Shown one piece after another: positions 25,855 through 39,570 of a stretch of 64,000 nucleotides of DNA (position 1 is its first letter; every line of letters begins with the position of its first letter). The DNA lies in the NCBI GenBank assembly GCA_951406725.2, contig OX597818.1:33356001-33420000 (forward strand), read 5' to 3'. The position numbers were made by a program, and so were the translations under genes. The DNA comes from Octopus vulgaris. Taxonomy: Eukaryota. Below the pieces are notes generated by a model that made no database searches, had not been told where the DNA came from, and saw only the letters and a list, made by a program, of their open reading frames with translations.

Positions 25855-26270
25855 GGCGCAGGAGTGGCGGTGTGGTAAGTAGCTTGCTTACCAACCACAT
25901 TGTTCCGGGTTCAGTCCCACTGCGTGGCACCTTGGGCAAGTGTCTTCTACTATAGCCTAGGGCTGACCAAAGCCTTGTGAATGGATTTGGTAGACGGAAA
26001 CTGAAAGAAGCCCGTCGTATATATGTATATACATATGTATGTGTGTGTATATGTTTGTGTGTCTGTGTTTGCAACCCCCTAACATCTCTTGACAACTGAT
26101 AGTGTTGTGCTTACGTCCCAGTAACAAAGCGGCTCGGCAAAAGTCAACGATAGAATAAGTACTAGGCTGCCAAAGAATAAGTCCTGGAGTCGATTTGCTC
26201 GACTAAAAAAGCGGTGCTTCAGCATGGCCACATACAAATGACTGAAACATGTAAAAGTGTAAAAGAGTAA
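25855..26270 (+). mobile_element. SINE family B, full length
   Basis: GGCGCAGGAGTGGCGGTGTGGTAAG head through the GTAAAAGAGTAA tail. Confidence 0.9.
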
Positions 26271-26589
26271 GTCGTTTCACTACAGATATTCTCTGAGAGA
26301 TTTTGCTAGTTTCTTGCATTCTTAGACCCTTATCAGAGAAATTATAACCCCCTTTTGACTAATTCTCCATTGGTGTTGATTTAGTTGTAGTTAGTTGTGG
26401 TGGTGTTGTTGAAACCTGTGATGCATTTGTTAATATAGTTAACAATTGAGATATAATTATACTAATAATTGTGGTGTAGATATATCTACAAGAAGTTGCC
26501 GAAAAGTCCCGGGCTTTCGGCAAAACAAAATATAGAATTAGCTAATTATCATTCTATTCATCTCATACACCACTTAGATTCACATATTT

Positions 26590-27185
26590 TATTGTTTTAT
26601 TGCCCACAAGGGGTTAAACATAGAGGAACACACAAGGACAGAGGAAGGGATTACGTCGATTACATTAACCCCTGTCTGTAACTGATAATTATGTAATTGA
26701 TAGCAAAAGGATGGAAGGCAAAGTCGACCTAGGCGGAATTTGAACTCAGAACGTAGCGGTAGACAAAATACCTATTTCTTTACTACCCGCAAGTGGATAC
26801 ACACAGAGAGGGCAAACAAGGACAGACAAAGGGATTAAATCGATTATATCGACCCCAGTGCGTAACTAGTACTTATTTAATCGACCCCGAAAGGATGAAA
26901 GGCAAAATCGACCTCGGCGCAATTTGAACTCACAACGTAACCGCAAACGAAATACCTATTTCTTTACTACCCACAAGGGGCTAAACGCAGAGAGGACAAA
27001 CTAGAACAGACAAACGTATTAAGTCGATTACATCGACCCCAGTGCATAACTGGTACTTAATTTATCGACCCCGAAAGGATGAAAGGCAAAGTCGACCTCG
27101 ACGGAATTTGAACTCAGAACGTAACGGCAGACGAAATACTGCTACGCATTTCGCCCGGCGTGCTAACGATTCTGCTAGCTCGCCG
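26590..27185 (-). mobile_element. Tandem array (~3 units) of SINE family C
   Basis: ~180-bp unit repeated head-to-tail; only the outermost unit has the full tRNA head. Confidence 0.85.
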
Positions 27186-29259
27186 TCCGAAATTCACGCA
27201 CTTATTGTAGCGGCTCTTCAGTGTTTCTAAGCCATGCAAAAGAACTCTCAGTAGATTGGGCCTCCAACCAGGCCTTTCGTGACACCTATAAAGCCAGGGA
27301 CCTTTCAGCAACCACTCGTAGTTGGGGGGAATAATTGGTATCGTGGCGGATAAACATGATGGTGTCCTGTGATGGTATACAGAGACGTGAAAATGGTAGC
27401 AAAAAAAATGGTACTAGGAATCGTCGCTGTATAAAGGGACTGGCAGTTGCAGATGAAAGGACAATGTAGTGGCGATGGTGAAGTATAATATAGAAAGATG
27501 TTTTGCTTTTTAGCTATGTTACTGATATAAATATAGGGGTCTCAACTGTGATTATAGAAATGTTAGGAGAAAATAAAATAGTAGTGGCGTTAGTATTGAT
27601 AGAGTTTATATCTTGTGCGATATTAACGGCATGAACTACCAGAAAAATGTTTACATGAATGCTTACATAAATAGAAACTCTGAGAAAGAAATATGGTGTA
27701 AATTCTAACTAATGTTATCTGACACTAATTAAAACTGTCACTGATCCGAAGAATATATGGCAGGTCAACTGTATCAGCTTGGTGGGGGTCATCCAACGTG
27801 TATAGGTGTAACCCGTAGATGATCGAAATCTTTTCGTACTATGCTTATAAAAGTATGATTGCAAATTTAATGGATGCTTTCATTAGTTTTCTTATACTAC
27901 ATAATGACTCATAGTGAAGGAATTTAATCCTTAAATCTGTCATATTAAATGAAGAATTAGAAAGACCTAACGCTCGACTGTATAGTAGCATATCATCAAT
28001 TAAGCTTCCAGCATAAATGCACACCTGTTCTACAACTAGATAAGCGATGCCTAATATTTCAGTTTGAAATATGGTATATTCTGCAAGTAAAATTTAATAT
28101 CATGTCGTCGTCTGTTATCAATAATAGCAAGTACAAGTTCATTCATTGCAATTTTATACTATTCATAACATTGCTATATAATGATAATAATAGCTTTACC
28201 AGCCTTGGGCTATGTTTTTTCTATCTAGCACATCCGAAAACACAGTAATAGAACTGGATTAAAAAATTTTGCGATAAAAAAAAAATTGAATTAGTTCATA
28301 TTAGAAAATTTTGCAGACTTCTATTCAATTGTACCGTTATCATTTACTTAGCTTAAGGAAAGTACACGTTGTATGTTTTTCACTTATCTGAAATAGAAAG
28401 AAAACTTGTTAGCATTAATTAAATTAAGTATGATGCAGCAAATAAAATAATCATACGTTTGAACACATTACTAATCTTGTGCGAAGTAATTTTGAGGACA
28501 TATAACTGACGAGAAGTGTTATGTGATGCAATGAGAATAACAAAATAATTTCACTCTATTGAAGACTTTTGCTTACCAAAATGAAAGCTTCGTAAATATT
28601 GTTTAATAATATATTATAGCCACTTTTGAGTATTTCAACCCTACATTATTTTCCTGCAAAATTTTACGACAGCAATGAGATTTAAGCTCTTGTATTATTT
28701 ACCAACAACAACTAGGCAATTGAAAATTAATATGTAATCGTAATTTCATAAATGTCGTTTTACTTTATTGTATAAAATATTAAAATCAGGAGTTATTTCC
28801 TGACGTTAAGTGATTTCCTGGCAACTATGCTTACAGATGTTTATTAGTATTAGAGTAATAAACTTCATCTACTTATATTTAAAATCTGGAATTCTCTCAT
28901 ACCGCATAAGCGAGTGGCCATAATGCAGTGCAAGAAACCCATGCTGTGTTTGTTGTTGGTGTTATCGCTTTAAATCTAATTAGTATAGTGGATTTTCCCA
29001 AAGGATTTATTGAGAAATCTGACACGAAAGTGAACGTGAATAGAATGATCTCAGATTTGACACTAGATATATTTGCGAGGGAGTACTTTTAAAGGTTATA
29101 TCTCTACTTAATGGAAATTCTGCGATTATGGTATTCGATATCATAATAATGTTGTGACACAGAGATGGAATGCTAACGTGGGAAGCAGAAGGACCAGGTA
29201 GCTTAATCCAAAATATTGATTTCAAATTTTTGCATAAGGACAGCAACGTCGGGTTGAAG

Positions 29260-29401
29260 GTTTAAGTCGACCCGAGAGCACAAATATTACTTATTTTATC
29301 GAGCCCCAAAAGGATGATTGGCAAAGTCGACCTCGGCGGAATTTGAACTCAGAACGTAGAGCATTTTGCTCGGGTCGCTAACGATTCTGCAGCTCGCCGC
29401 T
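29260..29401 (-). mobile_element. SINE family C fragment
   Basis: GGCAAAGTCGACCTCGGCGGAATTTGAACTCAGAACG...GCTCGCCGC. Confidence 0.75.
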
Positions 29402-29419
29402 TGAAAACAAGTGGAAAAT

Positions 29420-29462
<43 letters not shown>

Positions 29463-29552
29463 CAGCAGCAGCAGTAGCATTGATGCATATTTATATGTAC
29501 ATATATATTAATATCTACATCTACACACACATACACAAACACACATACACTC

Positions 29553-29621
<69 letters not shown>

Positions 29622-30123
29622 CACAGATATTCAGTAATACGAACATATATACACATTTACATATATACAAACATACATATACACAAATATGAATAGGTCC
29701 GTACATACCTACATACATACATACAAAAAGAGAAATGAAAGATCTACTTTGCTAGGAAGTACAATTAAAAGAGATGAATGTGACAGAAAAAAACAGACAG
29801 GGTGAGAATTATATGTGTGTGTATGAGTGTGTGTGTTTGTGTGTGTGTGTGTGTGTGTATGCATGACATTGAATTATTGTCACAGAAAAAAAGTGAAATG
29901 CTGTAAGGCATTCTATATTTGGGTATTTTAAAGTTAGGGTTTGTACTTGGTGACATCAGCAAGGAGGTTTTAGTTCACAATAAACAAGGGAGAGTAGGGT
30001 TCGGTGGTGGTGGTGGTGGATGGGTGGGTGGGTGTTTAAAGACGCATGGAAGCATGTTTTATAAGTATAAGTTTGCAGTAAACACTATTAAAAGAGAAGG
30101 GAAAGCAAAGTCATAATGCAGAG

Positions 30124-30124
<1 letters not shown>

Positions 30125-30180
<56 letters not shown>

Positions 30181-30328
30181 ACAATTATGTGTGCAGCGAT
30201 CGCAAGTGTAGCAGAAAAAGCAGGTGGTGAAAATGAGGAGAAAGAAAAGAAGAAGAAGAAAAAGAAGAAGTCAATAATAATAATAATAATAAGTAGAAGA
30301 ATAAGAATAAGAAGAATAAGAATAAGTC

Positions 30329-30409
<81 letters not shown>

Positions 30410-30485
30410 AAGAAGAAGAAGAAGAAGAAGAAGAAGAAGAAGAAGAAGAAGGTGGAGAAGAAGAAGGAGAAGAAGAAGGAGAAGA
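30125..30485. repeat. Compound (AGT)n/(AAT)n/(AAG)n microsatellites
   Basis: Seen directly. Confidence 0.95.
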
Positions 30486-30517
30486 ACGAGAAGAATTAGT
30501 TGTGATGATAATAATAA

Positions 30518-30733
30518 TCCTTTCTAAGATAGGTTCAAGGCCTGAAATTTGGGGGAGGGGGATAGTAAATTACATCGACGCACAGTACTCAACTTGTACT
30601 TAATTTATCGACCCCGAAAGGATGATAGGTAAAATGTCGACGCCGGTGGAATTTGAAATCAGAGCATAAAGACGGACGAAAAGCTTCTAAGCATTTTGTC
30701 CAGAGTGAGAACGATTCTGCTAGTTCGCCGTCC
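30518..30733 (-). mobile_element. SINE family C (older subfamily)
   Basis: TTTATCGACCCCGAAAGGATGA...GGAATTTGAAATCAGA...AACGATTCTGCTAGTTCGCC. Confidence 0.7.
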
Positions 30734-31249
30734 TAATGATGAAAGTAATAATAGTAAGGTGGTAGTTAGCCAGTGAACGTAGGTGGTTTAACGCCTAGGG
30801 TATTAGGCCCATGTGTAAGATCGCGCGTATGATTTCTAGGTTTGCCAGCGCTTTGTGTTCTTGAACAAGGTACTTCATTTTCGTCAGCCTAGTCTATTCT
30901 GTTGTAATATCTACTACGTAAATGCTGGCGAAGCTTTCTTTCTTTTCTATTGTCCCATCATGACAAGAGGGTACATATGTCAGCTTCCGACAACAGAGGT
31001 ACCTGAAACAATTTAGAAAGACATTGTGCTTGATGTTAAGCTATACTCACAAGTGTCAGTTAACTCCCAGATCAATCTTTTCTCGGGAAGACATATGATA
31101 GAAGGCTTGCCAAACGTGACGATTTCGTCTTTTTTCTAGAAACGATACCACTATGGCCAAATTAAATTGCCTTCTTTTCAGATGGCAATGTGGACTATAA
31201 AAGGGATTTGTTGGCAGACAATAGTTTTCCTTTTGTTTCATTAAACGTT

Positions 31250-31497
31250 CGTGGTCTCATCAATAAGTATCCGGACTGTTGCCATATTAATGAAAATAAA
31301 GCACGCAGAATGAAACCTGTTGGTACGGATTGATCTTGAACTCTGCTGTGTATGCGCAATAAGTTTTAACGTTCTAGCTCACTTCCACTATTTACAGCAG
31401 TGCTTGGAAGGAAGGTGTAGCGTGTGATCGTATCATTGAATATTATAACGTTGAGCAGAGAATCTACATTAAATTTTGCCAAAAGCTTGGGGATACT
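31250..31497 (+). mobile_element. Mariner left end with start of the transposase
   Basis: GTGG..CATCAATAAGTATCCGGACTG terminus shared with 54415; ends in EQRIYIKFCQKLGDT (mariner N-terminal HTH). Confidence 0.7.
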
Positions 31498-31560
<63 letters not shown>

Positions 31561-31829
31561 CAGCAGCAGCAGCAGTTACATCTAATGCCAACGCATATTA
31601 ACTTAGTATGGTCTCTACTCTCATTCTTGGTCATATTCCATTTAGAACTACCTCATCCAATATGTCTGCCATTTTGCTTTTAAATGAGGACCGGGTATCA
31701 TTTGAGGAATATTTGGCTGTTATCTTTAGAGGATCCAACGTTAACGCCTTAATATTACTAATAATAAAAATTACAGTGAGTTAAATAGAATCATTAAAGC
31801 ATTGAAAAATGCCTTGTGGTATTTAGTCA

Positions 31830-32670
31830 CGCACCGAGAATTTAGCCATAAAGACGGACAATACAATTGAGGCAAGAAGACAAGATATGATTATAGAGGA
31901 CAAAATAAACAAAGGGTACATAGATTTTGTAATTCCCTGCGACAGCAGAGTTGATACCACAGGAATGGAAAATATTGAGAAATAATTGGATCTAGGTAGA
32001 GAGCTGAGGAGACTGTAGAAGACCAAGACAATGATTATTACGTTAGAAATTCGTACACTTGTCACAAGACCCAAAATGCTACTTAAAAGACTAGATGCGA
32101 TTAGAATGGAGATTTGCACTGTCAACTAGTAGAATACTACGATCCTATATTCTGTAAGAATACTCTTTTACTCTTTTACTTGTTTCAGTCATTTGACTGT
32201 GGCCATGCTGGAGCACCCCCTTTAGTCGAGCAAATCGACCCCAGGACTTATTCTTTGTAAATCTAGTACTTATTCTATCGGTCTCTTTTGCCGAACCGCT
32301 AACTTACGAGGACGTAAACGCACCAGCATCGGTTGTCCAGTGATGTTGGGGGGACAAACACAGACACACAAACATATACACACTCATACATATATACATA
32401 TATACATATACACGACGGAATTCTTTCAGTTTCCGTCTACCAAATCCACTCACAAGGCTTTGGTCGGCCCGAGGCTATAGTAGAAGACACTTCCCCAAGG
32501 TGCCACGCAGGGGTACTGAACCCGGAACCATATGGTTCGTAAGCAAGCTACTTAGCACACAGCCACTCCTACGCCACATTAAGATTCTTGAGATTTCAGG
32601 ATGCTTGTCACCAAGCTTCTCAAAATAAAATACCTGCTAACTAAATTAACATGGAATGGCGTAATAATAG
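31830..32670 (+). mobile_element. R4/Dong-clade retrotransposon 3' end (restriction-like endonuclease), interrupted by a SINE
   Basis: IKTDNTIEARRQDMIIEDK...IDFVIPCDSRVDTTGMENIEK*LDLGRELRRL...ILYSVRIL|KILEI matches the R4/Dong RxPD..D..E.KY pattern; ends in TAA repeats. Confidence 0.7.
32163..32575 (-). mobile_element. SINE family B, full length
   Basis: Reverse complement of the 18260-18672 family; inserted in the Dong remnant. Confidence 0.9.
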
Positions 32671-33478
32671 GAATAACAACAACGATAGTTTCAGTTGCAC
32701 TAGAGAGAATACAAGGATTGATAAGAGATCTGGGAGAAAATTAAGAGGATTTAAAGCAGCGGTTTAAAACAGTCATTTCCATTTACGGCAAGCATTATCA
32801 GGTGACCTGCCCATCCAAATTAATGTCTTCATTCCCATTTCATTTTCATTCGATTTCACCAATTTTTCACCTTTCTTTTTCCTCCTTTTTTATCATCGCT
32901 TATAGAAATTTTAGTTTTAATTGTTTCTAACAAGTCGTTGATGCTGCAGTTGCAACTCGTGCGTCTACTCTTGTCGTTGCCTTAATACTGATATTTATGG
33001 TGTTATTATCATTGCGTTGGAGTAGATTCGTATCAAAATTTAAAGTATAAACATGTTACATTATATCTTCATTTATTTATTTATTATTCTACTAAGTTCA
33101 ACCACTGAACTGCTGTGTTTCTCTTAGCATTTTCGGTAAAAAATATCGACTTTCGTACTCATTTGAGTCAGGTAATTAATTTAACGTCTATATTTGTCAA
33201 ACCACTAATTTACGCGACATAAAGTGATGCCAAATTAACTAACAATTGTTTTGACGTACTTAAAGATATAAACTAACAAGTATCTTAATGTACAGAAAGA
33301 AATAATTTCATCCACACTTATATCGTGTTTAATTTAAATAAACTTACATATATAATAGCTTATACCGAAATACATACTGAAATGCATATAAACAGACATT
33401 ATGTACGGGAAACAACATACGTGTGATACCAGCAAAAGTATATTGGCAAAAAATCTCCGTAGAATATGTTCTACATAG

Positions 33479-33998
33479 CATTGTTTTGCCACTATAACAT
33501 GCGTGTTCTATAAAGAACTATATTACTACATTTTAATTCCAGGAAAACGTCATTTCCAACTGGTTAACCACACACAACCTCTGTCCGATATAAAGAAGCG
33601 AATCACTCCCCTGCAGCTTGGCAAGACCAGTAGACCACGGCTTCTAGGTCTTTATCTGTCATCGGTAATGGATTGCTGTCTGCTAGAGATGGTAGTCAAT
33701 CGTTCCTACTCACAATATATAAACAGAGAAGCAGCAGACAGCCGCCGATCTTGTAAGGAGCAAAGTAGCTAGTTCTAAACATTTCTAGCTGGAAGATATC
33801 AATTACCGATGAAGGACAAAGATCCAGAAACCATGGTCTACCTATCTTGCTAAGCTGGATCGGAGTGATTTGCTCCCTTACTCGCATTATATGGGACAAA
33901 GGACGTGTGTCGTTAACCAGCTGGAAAAGACGTCTTCCTGAGGTTAAAATAGAGTAACATATTTCTGTATAGAACACATGTTATAGTGGCCAAAAATG
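33479..33998. mobile_element. Foldback/MITE-like element with ~210-bp imperfect inverted arms
   Basis: 33479-33692 is the reverse complement of 33781-33998; ORFs 33503(+) and 33977(-) give mirror translations. Confidence 0.75.
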
Positions 33999-34014
33999 TC
34001 ACCGTCTAGTATTG

Positions 34015-34383
34015 TTACCCCCGCCTTAGCGAAGGCGGAGGTATTGTTTTCAGTCACGTTTGTTTGTTTATCCTTGAACAAAATATTTCAAGAACTGCCG
34101 GATGGATTCGGATGAAATTTTCAGGGAGGTTTGGTCTCATAACTGGCACAAACTGATTAGATTTTGGAATTGATCTAGACAAGGATACTGGATTATTTTT
34201 CCTGATATTTTTACTTATTTTTTTGAGAGTTGTCGGATTAAGTTTTTGTATTCCCGTTTCTGAGAGCAGTCGAGTTTATAGTTTATTTCAGATATTCTCA
34301 TTTTAAAAATCATCTCCGGTTAATCTTTAAGAGGACGTTGGTGTTGCCTTTGCGGAGGTTTGCGCTCTCTTATTGCTCTTGTT
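34015..34383 (+). mobile_element. Non-autonomous Helentron-type element (HINE/DINE-like)
   Basis: 5' TTACCCCCGCC..GGCGGAGGT hairpin, (GTTT)n, 3' GCGGAGGT subterminal repeat plus GCGCTCTCTTATTGCTC hairpin, ends in TT. Confidence 0.65.
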
Positions 34384-35613
34384 ACTATTGTGAAACGAAC
34401 AAGATGAAACAGAACATCTTCTTCCGTCTCTTAGTTTGAGTCACAAATGGCTCCAATTGAAGTCAGCTTACAGCATGGGTATGATAAAATTAATTCTGAA
34501 ATACGTTTTGCAGGATGAAAAGAAATATTTCATGCATCATACACAGGTTATGTTATATATATACGACCTGTAAGCGATATCATTGTAGCGCATACAGGTT
34601 GCATATTTCCAATGGTTAATGACTCGTACATTGCATTAGGAAGGGATGTGTGAGATGGGAATGATTGCCGGTGCCATTTGGGAATAAATATCACGAGACA
34701 ATTTCATTATACACACACAAACACACATCTACACAAGCACACTCGCATGTATTCGCAAAGCCTCTTACGTATGTACAGATTTTCTCTTAGATATGTTACC
34801 TTGAATGTTCGATTGATTCTAGTCATATCGAGGTTTCTCGGAAATAAATTAGAATCAATATCTCTTAGCAATACACAAAACAATGAAAAATGTATTATAT
34901 GTATGAAAGGGATACTAATTAACGAATAAGCACAGTATAATAAATTCGGAGAATAGAACGTAAAATATATTGCAGTAAATCATCAGTTAGCATTAATAAT
35001 GTTTCTTGGCCCCAAAACATTAATTAGAACCAAACGCTTTAGCCTCAACAAAGAAATAAATCTTGGACGAAGCTGTTTAAAAATCTGTTTAAAAATTCGA
35101 TTGTAATTCATGTCTTCAATCGATACATTGGCCATGCAATTACGGCTCTTTTCACCAGGCTTTTCTATGCGTATAAAGCATGTAAGAATTGCTTTGCAGT
35201 ACAATGCACAACATGAACAAATCTAGATAAATCAAATAATAATGGGTTATTCAGAGATACACAAAGGAATTCCACATTAAACTTTACAAGTAATAGTTGT
35301 TGTAATACTCCTAAGAGTAAAAATGTGGTTGTAGAACACATACAGAGGAGATATAGAACGTCTATGAATACACTTAAAAAGGTGTACCACGTTCCATTAC
35401 ATCATTATTTAATATTGATTATTTCGTTCCCTTTTTTACAGTTGTTATAGTTTAGGCTCAAAGAAGCATTGCTCGAGCAGATCTATTAGCATAGGGCTGT
35501 CATCGTCCATTTTTAGCATTACAGGTGTGTATTTGAGTGATATTTGGATTTCGTTGTGTGAGATTAATAACTACATAGAAATATTGTGCTGTTTGATAAA
35601 TCATAGCGGTACT

Positions 35614-35934
35614 TGGAGCACCCCGTCGGTTACAACGACGAGGGTCCCAGCTGATACGATCAACGGAACAGCTTGCTCGTGAGATTAACGTGCAAGTGAC
35701 TGCGCAATCTATAGACACGTGTAACCCTAACGTAGTTCTCAGGGACATTCAGCGTAACACAGAGTGTGAGAAGGCCGGCCCTTTGAAATACAGGTACAAC
35801 TCATTTTTCGCAGCTGAATAGACTGGAGCAACGTGAAATAAAGTGTCTTGCTCAAGGACACAACGCATCGCCGGGAATTGAACTCATGACCTTACAATCG
35901 TGAACCGAATGCCCAACCACTAAGCCACGCGCCT
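35614..35934 (-). mobile_element. tRNA-derived SINE with the family A 3' half and a different CORE-like 5' half
   Basis: Head GGCGCGTGGCTTAGTGG...GAGTTCAATTCCC, GTGTCCTTGAGCAAGACACTT; TSD AGCGGTACT at 35605-35613 and 35936-35944. Confidence 0.85.
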
Positions 35935-36549
35935 AAGCGGTACTAGACAACTACTGATGCAAGTATTTACTAACATTGTTCTTCATCCTGCTTCTGTCTA
36001 CAGTTGTTGTATTGCTGCAGCTGCTACTGATGCTGTTGGTGGTGGTGATGCTATACCTACTTAACCCGAGGTCAGCTCTGACCACAGCATTGCAGCAAAG
36101 ACTACAATTTTCATAAATTGTATTAAAAGCTACGTTATTCTGTTACTTTCCTCAAGGTGTGATTTAAGGGAAATTCGGTTACTATTTCTAGCAGGTCTAG
36201 CAACCACGAAGACAGTATCTTAATGACTTGTTAAAAATATTTATTTCACATTGTTCCTATTGAAGTTGTTGAAGTAAATTTTGTTGTCGATTTGTTTTTG
36301 GACATTCTAAATTATTTATTTATTGATTCTTTTTTTTTTAGCACCTTCATGTCATTTGGCAATTACAACATATTCTTTGTTTATAAAAGTGTTAAATACT
36401 GCCAGGCTCTTCTAGAATTAACGACAGAATTCATTTCAAGTAACAAATGCCAGCTTATTCAAAATCTTAGCGATGATTTTTGTGTTTTTAATGTTAATAT
36501 CATCCATATTTCTGCTGTTGCATGTGTACATATCCGCACACAAAAATTA

Positions 36550-36613
<64 letters not shown>

Positions 36614-36631
36614 GTATATATGTATGTATGT

Positions 36632-36697
<66 letters not shown>

Positions 36698-38464
36698 ACC
36701 CGAGGCTGTCTTTATTTCTTCCTACGTTGATAATGTAAAAAGCAAGTTATATAATGAATTGCTCTTTATCAATTATATCCCAAAATTCTACTGAACTTTG
36801 TCAAACGACTTTAAAGAAATAGCAGTCCTTTAAATTATAATCTTAAAAATTAGGTGTATTTGTTAATAGGGTTACGTACATCCGTACATTCTGATTACAA
36901 GCACTTGTTTGTGCGATCGTTATTTGATGAAGTCATATTCCGTTCGAAATAATAGTGGGGGAACCATTTTATTTCGCACACATTTTCAATATTTCGTTGC
37001 TTTATTATCTCTACGTTGTTTTTTTCGGCTTGTTTCTTGCATTATCATTTATTCATTATTCAGTCGTTTCCGCTTGAAATATCTGAAATAACGCTTATAT
37101 TTCTTTTTGTTCTTTCCATCATTAATTTTTACATTCCTTTTTCCGTTACCACCTCAAGCTTCTATTTCAGGTCCCATTTGAAATATTCGTGACATTTTGC
37201 AATTACATTTTCATTGCTTTCATGCTGAACAATTATCACTCCAGGTAAATTCTCCTTCTGCATTCTGTTTCACGTTACACATATATTCGAAGCTTACATA
37301 TTCACCCGCCTTCAATATCTGTGTGTATCACGCTCACATCTACTTTGATTTGTTCGCTCTCGCACTGGTACATGATTCTACATTCACAAAACATCATCAA
37401 TTATTGATATCTTCTGAAATAGCAAATGCACCACCAAACAATACCAGATGCATATCTGACGATTGATATGAAACCGCACGTTCTCTATAAATATTTTCAA
37501 TCTTTCCTTTTACGATTTGCGCTTTAAAAGTTCTGCATCTATAAATATATTTAAATAATTTGTAATTATTCAACATCTCTGCCTGCAATACTCAGTTCCG
37601 CTTCGCTAACATTAATTTCTCATGTCTTCCATTCATTTACATTCCTTGAAGCTTCGTCGTTTTGTATACTTCATTTCATCCACAACATTTTGCATATTTT
37701 AAGTGATTATTAGACTTAAATCAATTAATAAAATATTTATGCTGTTCATATTATCACTTCTGTCCTTTTTCTACATTTCAAATTTGCAGTTCTTTGGGCA
37801 TTTTAAGCACAAAACGCTCCAGTAGTCACGATACGTGCAAGAAATCGCTTCGACAAAATGAAGATATTTGGGAATGTAGTTAAACATTGCATAGACAAAA
37901 TATTTTAAAGAAATGTTTATATTTTATATTTATTTAATTTTGTTTTTGTATTTTGTTAATAAATTACTTCTAACAAAATAAATTTATGGTAAAACATTTC
38001 GTTTAATTTGGTCGTTATTATAAAAAGAACTTATTTATAAACAAAACGCTTTCCTTCACAAAATCGAGATTTTGCCGTTATTTACTTTAAATTATGCTTC
38101 TTCATAAATCCTTTTAGATTCAAAATCCAGCAACTCATGGAGCACTATTGATCGACAAAAGATAGAGAAACATGCATACAATCCTTTTAATTTCCGTAAC
38201 GTACAGCTTTTATTTAGTGACTTATATCGGTTTAGGTGACATTAATTACACAATAATTATATTTTGACTTGTTTAAGTACCTTTATATCTAATCAGCGTC
38301 TGAACAATGAAGAGATGTTGAATAATTACAAATTATTTAAATATATTTATAGATGCAGAACTTTTAACTGAATAAACGTACACGATGTCTTCTCAGTAAA
38401 AAATTATTTCGTTAGGATAGGTGGAATTCGTTACTCCTCTCTGACAATATTTGTTTCACTTTTA

Positions 38465-39570
38465 AAGGGTGCGGCAGATATTTTACGAATTTTTTATGAA
38501 TTAAAAAAGAAACGCATAATTCATCGAAGTAAAGTTGTAGTTGAAGATAAGTTGGTACAAATAAACTTGAGAATACTTTTATCACTCCTGTCCAATGAAT
38601 CTACCGTCAGCATCAATGACTGCCTCAACACGGAGTCAGAAGCGTTGACCACGCCTGAATCGGATGATTTTAATCAATTTTGGACATAGTGCTGTTTATG
38701 GTGGACTTGAGAGATCGCATGGTGTTATGGGGGTGTTGATTGACTTATCTCTCGACCATGCCTCATACATAATAGTCCAGTGGATAGTTGTCTGATGATG
38801 TAGGAGTCCATGTGTCTGCGAGATTATTATCAGGAAGATTGGTATGCGTCTAGCCTTGCGTTTTCTTAGCGTTATGAGAGAGTGCAGGTTCTTGTAGCAA
38901 GACCTATAGTTTCCGTTGTGTATTCTGTCTGTCCATGGCCTCATAACTTTCTACAGCACCTGTATAGAGACAGGTGCTTTGACTCTTAAGCCCTGTGAAA
39001 AAAAGTGAGAAAGCATGACATCTCCCTATTTGCCGATGGCTCCCATAACCACCACAGTTGTCGGGAACCTAGAATGCATGACCGTTGGAACAATTCTGGT
39101 CCTGATAGAACTTATTCTTATCAGTAAGAACCAAAGCCTTTCAGCCACTTGGTGTTTTAAACTGTTTGGCAAGCGCTTTGCGCGGATCAAACGATTCTAC
39201 CATATATCCTACATAAACTGACCCCTGGGCAATACACAAGTCTTGTGCCGGATAACCTCATGCACCAGTCTTCTGACGGTGTATTCTGAAACCTTAAGGT
39301 CTTTTGCAATAACTTCGATTGTCTTGCCGGAATTTTCATCGATTATTTCTTGGGCTTTTTGTACAGTTATATGATCTGATGGTATTAGAGTCCTGCGCAT
39401 GAGTTATTTGTTTAGCTGCTGATATTGGATCCCTAACAGCAGCTTCCAGCTCTTTCCGAATATTGACAACGAAGGATCCGGAAACTTTCTGGAAGCAAGC
39501 TACCTCTGTATCACTATGCTGCACTTTTAAGGCATGAGCATGACTTTGCATTTGCTTAGTCAACCAAATG
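38465..39570 (-). mobile_element. Decayed Tc1/mariner-superfamily (maT/DD37D-like) transposon
   Basis: IIDENSGKTIEVIAKDLKVSEYTVRRLVHEVIRHKTCVLPRGQFM (HTH), C-terminal RF.LRVEAVIDADG, terminus AGGGTGCGGCAG; frameshifted. Confidence 0.75.
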
